Source: an uncultured Verrucomicrobiae bacterium (lineage in GTDB: Bacteria > Verrucomicrobiota > Verrucomicrobiia > Limisphaerales > Palsa-1400). From it: 64,000 bases of DNA. The stretch covers positions 2,432,001 to 2,496,000 of the forward strand of contig CAVXRD010000002.1 in assembly GCA_963764165.1 (NCBI GenBank), given 5' to 3'. Within the stretch, counting starts at the first letter, position 1. Every line of letters starts with the position of its first letter. The notes beneath the pieces were generated by a model. That model saw nothing but the letters and a program-made list of their open reading frames with translations. It was not told where the DNA came from and made no database searches. The position numbers and the translations under genes were made by a program. This document shows, piece by piece, positions 57,155 to 64,000 of this stretch.

Positions 57155-58516
57155 ATGCAAATCCATTGGCACGAAGGTCTGTTCCTGCAGCCGCACCACT
57201 TGCAAACAATGCAGAGGGATGCAATGCAGGAGATCCGAACGCTGAGGTCGTTGATTTTTCCCTTCAGTTTCGGGATCGTGGAGAGCAGGCTTTCTTACGA
57301 TGATTTGGCGGACGGGCGAATTCGCTACGAACGCCTGCGGGCCGTCATGCCCAGCGGATTGGAGGTTTCATTTCCAGACGACGCCTCCCTTCCGGCGCTG
57401 GACATCAAGGCCGAATTAGCTCGCAGTTCCAGCGCATTTGAAGTGCTTCTGGCGGTTCCGCTCTGGGCGAAAAACCGGGCCAACTCATTTCGAACCGGGG
57501 ATCGTCCCGATCCGCGGGTCAAATTGCTTTATGTTCCGTCTGAGACGGCTCAGGTCATGGACGAGAATACGGGGGACAATCCGCAGACCATAATTGTGCG
57601 CAAGGTAAATGCGCGCATCGCCGTCAAAGGGGATGACTTGTCGGATATGGAGTGGCTGCCTCTGCTGCGTGTGCAGCGCGCGACCGGCGCCGAGAATGCC
57701 AAGGCCCAGCCGGATCCGGAGTTTGTCCCTCCATCGCTTCTCTTGTGCTCCGCACCCATTCTGCACGAAATGATGCGCGAGCTGGTTGCCCAGCTCAACG
57801 CCTGCCGCAAGGATTTGCGCATCAAGGTGGCGACGGGCGGGCTGGCATTGGAGATGAAATGGGAATTAACCATGAAGCTCGCCACGCTCAACAGAGTGTG
57901 CGGGAGTTTGCCCGCGCTGGTCGACGAGGGCAAAGCGCCGCCGTTTGCGATTAACCTTCGATTGCGTGAATTGCTGGGTGAACTGGTTGCCTTGCAGCCG
58001 CAAAAGACCACCTTCGAGTGCGAGGCTTATGATCACCTTAACCCTTACCGTTCCTTCAAGGAGCTGGACCAAAAGATCAGGGAGTTGATTCGAGTGACCA
58101 AAGGCACGCCTCCCAAAACCGTTCTTTTTACCGGCAACCCGGGGCTGTTGCGGGCGGAGTTGCAGCCGGCGGACTTCAGCACTCCCACCGCCTACTATTT
58201 GGGGGTGCAAACCCAGGCCGACCGAACCAAACTGGCCCTCTACCTTAGCGACGGCAACAAGTTCAAGCTGATGCCGCGCAGCATGGAGCAAGTGGCCATC
58301 CTTGGGCTGGAGCTCAAAGAGGAGAATTACCCGCCGCTGGATTTGCCTGCGGTCAATAATTTGATTTATTTCCGCCTCGTTCCCTCCAGCAATGTGCGCC
58401 GCTGGGATCAAATGCGGCAGGACAACGCCGTATCCTTGGTTTGGAACAACGCGGAGTTTAATTTGAGCGGAGCCACGTTTACCCTGTACATGATTCTTCC
58501 CTCGGGGGCCGTATGA
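57155..58516 (+). CDS. tssK: Type VI secretion baseplate subunit TssK
   Basis: IHWHEGLFLQPHHLQ, FSFGI, AVMPSG, DPEFVPPSL, YDHLNP..SF, PP.DLP....LIYFRL. Confidence 0.9.
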   Translation: MQIHWHEGLFLQPHHLQTMQRDAMQEIRTLRSLIFPFSFGIVESRLSYDDLADGRIRYERLRAVMPSGLEVSFPDDASLPALDIKAELARSSSAFEVLLAVPLWAKNRANSFRTGDRPDPRVKLLYVPSETAQVMDENTGDNPQTIIVRKVNARIAVKGDDLSDMEWLPLLRVQRATGAENAKAQPDPEFVPPSLLLCSAPILHEMMRELVAQLNACRKDLRIKVATGGLALEMKWELTMKLATLNRVCGSLPALVDEGKAPPFAINLRLRELLGELVALQPQKTTFECEAYDHLNPYRSFKELDQKIRELIRVTKGTPPKTVLFTGNPGLLRAELQPADFSTPTAYYLGVQTQADRTKLALYLSDGNKFKLMPRSMEQVAILGLELKEENYPPLDLPAVNNLIYFRLVPSSNVRRWDQMRQDNAVSLVWNNAEFNLSGATFTLYMILPSGAV

Positions 58517-59205
58517 AGCTGCTGGATAATTACGAAGCGCTCTTTCAATACATGTGCCTGTTGAGCCGCATCGCCAAGGCCCGGCCCGAGGCGCATCCGG
58601 AGTATGCCCAGGTTCGCGCGGATATCAGGGCGTTGCTCGAGGATCTTGAGCGCGGCGCGGCCGCCGATGTGCGGCTATCCAACCAGATCAAGCGCCTGGA
58701 GCTGCCGGTGGTCTTCTTTATTGACAACATCATTTGCACCAGCAAGCTGAAATTTGCCCAGCAGTGGGCCGGTGCGCGCCTGGCCATTGAGAAACGCAAC
58801 GAACTGGCCGGTGACGAGCGGTTTTTCGATTTTGTGACACAAGACCTGCCAGACACAAGCGAAGAGGCGGCTGAGCGGCTGGCAGTCTATTACACCTGCT
58901 TTGGCCTTGGATTCACCGGCATGTACGTGTCGCAGCCCAAAGAGATACGCAACTTGCAGGAGCAGATTTTTCCGCGCATCCGCCAATGGGCCGATTCGGA
59001 TCGGGTGCGAATCAGCGAAGAAGCCTACAAGCCCACCGACACGCGGACTCTGACCGAACCGGCCAGCAACAAAATCATCTTTGTGGCGATTCTCTTTGTA
59101 TTTCTGTGCTTGGCCAGCCTGCTGATTTATTGCGGGCTTTATCGCGAGGCCTCTTCGGACCTTAGCCAGTCGATAAAAGCAATCAAAACACACGCGCAAC
59201 CCTAG
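58513..59205 (+). CDS. tssL: Type VI secretion membrane subunit TssL (DotU family), no OmpA-like domain
   Basis: LPVVFFIDNII....W...RLA.....LAGDERFF, AVYYTCFGLGFTGMY, C-terminal TM; ATGA overlap with tssK. Confidence 0.88.
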   Translation: MKLLDNYEALFQYMCLLSRIAKARPEAHPEYAQVRADIRALLEDLERGAAADVRLSNQIKRLELPVVFFIDNIICTSKLKFAQQWAGARLAIEKRNELAGDERFFDFVTQDLPDTSEEAAERLAVYYTCFGLGFTGMYVSQPKEIRNLQEQIFPRIRQWADSDRVRISEEAYKPTDTRTLTEPASNKIIFVAILFVFLCLASLLIYCGLYREASSDLSQSIKAIKTHAQP

Positions 59206-59223
59206 TTGCGGCACCGCGATATC

Positions 59224-62200
59224 ATGGACGACGACTCCAAAACGAATTCAATCATAAAAATGGGCCTGTGCGGCCTGGGACTGGGCGTGCTGGCGCCGTT
59301 GGCGATATTGCACAATACCACCGGCCTTTGGATAGCATTGGGCATTCTCGTGCTGGGACTTCTTCTGTTCGGAGGTTACTTCCTGTGGAAACGAGCGGCC
59401 GCCAACAGAGAAAGCACGAATTTCAGGCAAGGGTTGGAAGATGTCACAGGGGCTCCCAAAACGGTCAGTGACCCGCAACAGCGGGCCAAGCTGGACGACG
59501 TGCGGCGCAAGTTCCAAAAGGGGCTCCAAGAGTTCAAGAGCCGCGGCAAAGACATCTACAAGCTCCCTTGGTTTGTCATCATCGGCGAATCCGGCTCGGG
59601 AAAGACCGAAGCCATCCGTCATTCGGGCATCGATTTTCCGCCCGGCTTGCAGGAGGAGCTGCAAGGCTCCGGCGGCACCATCAACATGGACTGGTGGTTC
59701 ACCAACCGCGGCATTATTCTTGACACTGCGGGGGCCATGATTTTCCGTCATGAGGCGCTCACCGGCAAAGGCGACTGGCAGCCCTCCTCCGAATGGCGCG
59801 AGTTTCTAAAGCTGCTCAAAAAATCGCGGCCGCAATGCCCGATCAACGGCCTGATGCTGGTTCTCTCGACCGAGAGCTTAATCAAGGATTCGGCGGATCT
59901 CATTGCAAGGAAGTCGAGCATACTCGCCCAGCAGCTGGATTTGATCCAGCGGACGCTGGACGTGCGGTTTCCGGTTTACATGCTGGTAACCAAGAGCGAT
60001 TTGATGGAGGGCTTCCGCGAGTTTTCCGACAGCATATCCGATCCGCTCATGCAGCATCAGATGTTCGGCTGGTCAAACCCGGACCCGTTGGACGCGCCGT
60101 TCCGGCCTGATTTGATCGAGCAGCATTTGGAGGCAGTGGCCGAAAAAGTCCGGCGGCGGCGCCTGGCGCTGCTGCGCGAATCAAGCGCGGGCGATACTCA
60201 GTTGTTTTTTCGCTCGTCCAGCGGAGCGCCCCGGGCTTCAGACGGGACGGATTCGCTGTTCGCTTTGCCGGCGAGCATAAAACGCCTGGCCCCGCGCTTG
60301 CGCCGCTACTTGGAGACAATTTTTGTCGCCGGAGAATGGTCCGCCAAGCCGGTTTTTTTGCGCGGCGTTTACTTTACATCATCCATGCGCGAGGGATCGG
60401 CGCTGGACGAGGCGCTGGCCCTGGCTTCCGGGCTGCCGTTGGACCAACTGCCCGAGGCCCGCGAGAGAGAGAGCAAGGCCTTTTTCTTGAGAGACTTGTT
60501 TCACGAAAAAATATTTCGCGAAAGCGGCCTTGTCACGCGGGCCACCAACACCCTGAGAATGCTTCGGCAAAAGCAATTGCTCATTTTCGGCTCGGTGGCC
60601 TTGGCGCTGTTGCTGGTGCTGGTGTTCGCCTGGTTCGGCTACAGGAATCTGCAAGACACCGTCGGGCGCGAAGCAAGCTATTGGAAGGCGGGAACGACGA
60701 ATTGGACGGACGGACACTGGGATCCAGGCAGCCTCGTTGAAGCAGGCACTGCGAATCCGCTCCTATATAGTCTGGCGGCCCAAAAGCGCATTCCTGGACC
60801 GGACTTGCCGGTGGTTGATTACTACAGCAATCTGTTTAGCAAAGTGTCCACCGACCTCGCTGTGAGCTGGATTTTTGGCCCTTTCACCATGTTCGATGTC
60901 GGGGAGATCAAAAAGGATCGTCCGCTGGCGGCGAGCATTCTCTTTGAACGAGGGTTGCTCGAACCGCTGGTGGATAAAACGCGGAAAAAAATGGCCAGCC
61001 TGCCGAATTCACGCCCCGCGCCCGATGATAAGTCAGACGTGGCCCGTCACCGCGATGCGCTGCGGGCGCTGATGAGGCTGGAGACCGACCGGTTCGCGAT
61101 GGGATCGACCAAAACGACCAACGTCCAGGAGTACCTCCACGATTTCGTTACCTATTTAACCGAGAAAGAATACCAGCCCGAGCCTGTGCTGGCGGATTTA
61201 TCTGTCAAGGCCTTCTCGACTTGGCCGCCACCGTCGATTGTGCTTACCAATGGCACGAACCTGGCCAACAATCCGGCTATCAACCGGGGGTTGGAGGCGT
61301 TCCGGCGCGCAAATCAAAAAAACGAGAGCAACATCGTAGCCAAAGTGATCGCTCTTAACACTTTTGTTGATCAGCTTGACAGTTATAGGAAGGTGGAAAA
61401 GGACTGGCTGGCCGCGCCAGCCGAGCCGTGCGACATGGCGAAGGCGGCAAACCGTACGGTCGAGGGGGCGCGATTGGCGCTGCTCCAGACGAGCAACACC
61501 ATGGCTGGCACAAATACCATTGGCGCCATGTACCAACGCTTGCAGGCGGAGGCCGAAGCTGCTTCGGGCTCCTCGTTTTCCGATATTACATCCAACGTGC
61601 CACCCGCTTTCAGGGACAAACAAATCTTCGTTGAAATCGCCGGCAAGTTGAAGGGTTTTGCCACCGAGGCAAAAAGGAGCGTCGAAACCAATTATCAGGC
61701 CCGGCAAACAGTGTCCTCAGATTTGGATCGCGATTTGCTAGGGAGCGGAGGCTTCGACAAGCCAGCCTACCAGAACCGCCAGAGGCTATACCAGGACGTT
61801 TGTGATTTGCTCAGCAACAACGTTACGGTCACAGACGCGCTCATCGGCGATCAATGGCGGGAATTTAAGAAGATTGACGCCAATGTGGCTGTTCTTAGCA
61901 ATGACCTGGTAAGCTATCGCGGTCCGTTGAAGGAGGAGGTATTGGGGGCCTGCAACAAGCTCTCGGCGGACAAGATTCTGCTGTTGCAAGATACATTTGT
62001 GGCCCAGTATTTGCGGATCGTCAAAGCTGGGCTTAGCAACTTGACGATGGGTGGCTACGCCACCGTAGAACAAGCGAGCAACGCCGCTGTTTGGTTTACA
62101 CGGATTGCAAAAGACCTCGCGGTAACTGAACCGTTGGGAAAGCAAGCTGCTCAAGTTCTACCCCTAAAGCCGCTTTTGGACGCTTCCGTGGAGGCGGCCT

Positions 62201-62793
62201 TGATTCAACAGGCCGGTTTCCCGGTGCGCCTCATCAATACCGGCAGGACGATGGGCGCGGCAGACTTAAAAATCCTTCAGGCTTTTGCTTCGGGCCTTGG
62301 AACGGAGTTGGGAGGCGCCACGCGTGCCAACTATGCAAAGATTGCCTCGGATTTGCTTGAGCAGGACGTGCCGATTCAGGGAACGCTCTCTTTTGTGACC
62401 CCTTCAAATAACGAGGAGGATATTAAATTGGTCGCACAATATAAATTGCTTCTGGCCTCCCCTGCCGACCTGACTGCTGAGAGCGCGGTTGGTGCCTGGA
62501 AGGACGACCTCTTGGTGTCGGGGGAGCATGTTCTTCTATCCTCTAAAATTGATTCACCTCTATTCATCCCGGTGCAATATCAGCATTCGCGTAACGACAC
62601 CTTCACAAAGATCGTGTCATTTCAAGATTGGGGATTTATCCGGTTGATCAATTACTATAAGGGGAAGCCGAGCGCGGGTGGGAAAGTTTGGTCCATCGAA
62701 ATTCCCAGTTCAGACCCTTCGACTAAAGGCACTTGGCATTTTCGGCTTGAATTCAGCAAGCCGCTCCCAACCTTGGACGAATGGCCGAAGTAA
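59224..62793 (+). CDS. tssM: Type VI secretion membrane subunit TssM (IcmF family)
   Basis: Two N-terminal TMs, YKLPWFVIIGESGSGKT, MDWWF, LDTAG, PINGL, RFPVY..VTKSDL..GF, LRGVYFTS, FFLRDLF, third TM, C-terminal QDWGFIRL. Confidence 0.92.
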   Translation: MDDDSKTNSIIKMGLCGLGLGVLAPLAILHNTTGLWIALGILVLGLLLFGGYFLWKRAAANRESTNFRQGLEDVTGAPKTVSDPQQRAKLDDVRRKFQKGLQEFKSRGKDIYKLPWFVIIGESGSGKTEAIRHSGIDFPPGLQEELQGSGGTINMDWWFTNRGIILDTAGAMIFRHEALTGKGDWQPSSEWREFLKLLKKSRPQCPINGLMLVLSTESLIKDSADLIARKSSILAQQLDLIQRTLDVRFPVYMLVTKSDLMEGFREFSDSISDPLMQHQMFGWSNPDPLDAPFRPDLIEQHLEAVAEKVRRRRLALLRESSAGDTQLFFRSSSGAPRASDGTDSLFALPASIKRLAPRLRRYLETIFVAGEWSAKPVFLRGVYFTSSMREGSALDEALALASGLPLDQLPEARERESKAFFLRDLFHEKIFRESGLVTRATNTLRMLRQKQLLIFGSVALALLLVLVFAWFGYRNLQDTVGREASYWKAGTTNWTDGHWDPGSLVEAGTANPLLYSLAAQKRIPGPDLPVVDYYSNLFSKVSTDLAVSWIFGPFTMFDVGEIKKDRPLAASILFERGLLEPLVDKTRKKMASLPNSRPAPDDKSDVARHRDALRALMRLETDRFAMGSTKTTNVQEYLHDFVTYLTEKEYQPEPVLADLSVKAFSTWPPPSIVLTNGTNLANNPAINRGLEAFRRANQKNESNIVAKVIALNTFVDQLDSYRKVEKDWLAAPAEPCDMAKAANRTVEGARLALLQTSNTMAGTNTIGAMYQRLQAEAEAASGSSFSDITSNVPPAFRDKQIFVEIAGKLKGFATEAKRSVETNYQARQTVSSDLDRDLLGSGGFDKPAYQNRQRLYQDVCDLLSNNVTVTDALIGDQWREFKKIDANVAVLSNDLVSYRGPLKEEVLGACNKLSADKILLLQDTFVAQYLRIVKAGLSNLTMGGYATVEQASNAAVWFTRIAKDLAVTEPLGKQAAQVLPLKPLLDASVEAALIQQAGFPVRLINTGRTMGAADLKILQAFASGLGTELGGATRANYAKIASDLLEQDVPIQGTLSFVTPSNNEEDIKLVAQYKLLLASPADLTAESAVGAWKDDLLVSGEHVLLSSKIDSPLFIPVQYQHSRNDTFTKIVSFQDWGFIRLINYYKGKPSAGGKVWSIEIPSSDPSTKGTWHFRLEFSKPLPTLDEWPK

Positions 62794-62811
62794 GCGTTTA
62801 CCAGCCCCATT

Positions 62812-64000
62812 ATGAAAGGCTTTTTAAACAAACTAGGCGGCACGGCGGGAAACCTGGGTGGGCCGCGCCTGGCGCTGGCGGCGTTTGGCAAGCACCCAGG
62901 CTGGCCCGATTTTATGCCGGGCATTGGCGTGGACACTGAATTGCTCGTCGGAATCGAGCAAACGCTTTACAGAGGTGGCATACGCGGACAGATTTCCTCC
63001 GGCGCCTGGGAGAAACTTGATGCGGAAAAGCGCCAGGATGGTTTTGACCATGTCTTTGCGTGGTTTCAGAACGGACAGATGGTTCTCGGACTCCTGTGGT
63101 CTTCAAAGGATCAAGCCGGGCGCGCCAAATATCCGATGGCCCTTTGCATCGACGGTGGGGCAATGCCGGCGAAATTCATGCTGGCCGAATTGCTTCCGGG
63201 CATGACGGCGCTCCGGCAGGCTTGCAAATCGGCCACGACCGTGGAGCAGGTGACTGAGCTGTGCCGTTCAGCCCAGGAGCAATTGCGCGGCAAGGGTGCG
63301 GCTGAATCGGAAAAGGCGCCCGAGCCGCCGCCGCTCAGCGACCGTCGCCGCTTTCTGGAACATCCAGACTTCGGCCCGGACAAAATCGGTTTGTTGCGTC
63401 TGACGCATGAATTAAGCGGCCAGTTTGATCTCAGTGGCGGCGATCAGGCATCGGCGCCAGCGTCGCGCTCGTTGCATTTGCGGGTGCCGCTCGCGGCGGC
63501 GCCACCCGAAACGGCTCTACTCGTGTGGCCGGCTTTTCTGCGCGCCGCAGTGGGGGCGGCTCCTTCGATAGTATTGCTTTATCGCGACGGCGCGGCGTGG
63601 CTGGACGTCATCGTCGGCCCGCCCCAGGCCGATGATTTCTTTTGTCTCCAGGCGGGTGTAAAAGCGCTGCCGTTGGTGACCCAAATCCCGTTTGAACTGA
63701 CCGGGGAGAGCAGGCAGTTGCTCCCCAAAATCGAGGCGCGATTCCTGGGGCAGGTGCAACCCCAATCGCAGTCCCTCTCGCCGCCTGCCGCCCCGGCCTC
63801 GCCAAAACTGTCGCCCTCGGTTCCACCGCCGGCTTCTCCGGTGGACGGCGGAACTCCAAAATCATCAAAATCACAATTCATTGCCATCGGAGGGGCGATC
63901 GGCGCTTTGGTGCTGGCGGGCGGACTCTACCTGGCAATTCACGCTGTCCATCAGAAAGAGACAGCGGTGGCCGGCCTGCGAGAAAAGGAACGATTGTTGG
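62812..64000 (+). CDS. TagF-like protein with Pro-rich linker and transmembrane helix (3'-partial; absent from the ORF track)
   Basis: Translated by hand from ATG 62812 with no stop to the window end: AFGKHPGWPDF and LWSSKDQAGRAKYPM resemble the TagF GK.P..GDF and S.D..GR.FP motifs; TM FIAIGGAIGALVLAGGLYLAI at 63877-63939. Confidence 0.72.
   Translation, partial: MKGFLNKLGGTAGNLGGPRLALAAFGKHPGWPDFMPGIGVDTELLVGIEQTLYRGGIRGQISSGAWEKLDAEKRQDGFDHVFAWFQNGQMVLGLLWSSKDQAGRAKYPMALCIDGGAMPAKFMLAELLPGMTALRQACKSATTVEQVTELCRSAQEQLRGKGAAESEKAPEPPPLSDRRRFLEHPDFGPDKIGLLRLTHELSGQFDLSGGDQASAPASRSLHLRVPLAAAPPETALLVWPAFLRAAVGAAPSIVLLYRDGAAWLDVIVGPPQADDFFCLQAGVKALPLVTQIPFELTGESRQLLPKIEARFLGQVQPQSQSLSPPAAPASPKLSPSVPPPASPVDGGTPKSSKSQFIAIGGAIGALVLAGGLYLAIHAVHQKETAVAGLREKERLL

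Noticed and set aside
43238..64000. Complete canonical T6SS
   Set aside because: Tube, sheath, spike, wedge and ClpV genes are not in the window; they may lie downstream, so completeness cannot be claimed either way.
1..64000. tRNA, rRNA, IS elements, integrases, prophage genes
   Set aside because: None recognised by eye; small structured RNAs could be missed without covariance-model searches.

Overview
Bacterial chromosomal DNA, GC-rich. Gene content (prepilin/H-X9-DG protein, ABC-2 permeases, REP-like intergenic repeats) suggests the PVC superphylum, probably Verrucomicrobia; this is an inference. Layout: (1) 1-9.7 kb: two giant surface proteins, the first ending in a Hint domain, followed by a Cys-less rhodanese. 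(2) 9.7-16 kb: udg, dnaN without dnaA but flanked by DnaA boxes, a cysteine desulfurase and an aldo-keto reductase. (3) 16-38 kb: mixed genes, including an ABC permease-RCC1 fusion, a DUF4011 helicase-nuclease resembling the Hhe defence protein, a prepilin-like protein, an ABC exporter, ROK and PIG-L genes, stress genes, kup and SPFH plus RHH. (4) A phased heptamer array at 38.3 kb, then a GH13 enzyme and a kinase-like protein on the minus strand. (5) 43.2 kb to the window end: an unusual + strand cluster, tssJ-like > pseudokinase-TPR-FGE > tpsA > tpsB > FHA-less tagH-like > tssK > tssL > tssM > membrane-anchored tagF-like. A complete two-partner (type Vb) secretion pair therefore sits inside a type VI membrane-complex cluster whose phospho-regulatory parts look catalytically dead. 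No tube, sheath, spike or ClpV genes are present in the window. This cluster is the best candidate for an undescribed system. No rRNA, tRNA, CRISPR array, transposase or integrase was recognised. All family calls come from motif recognition by eye, not database searches.
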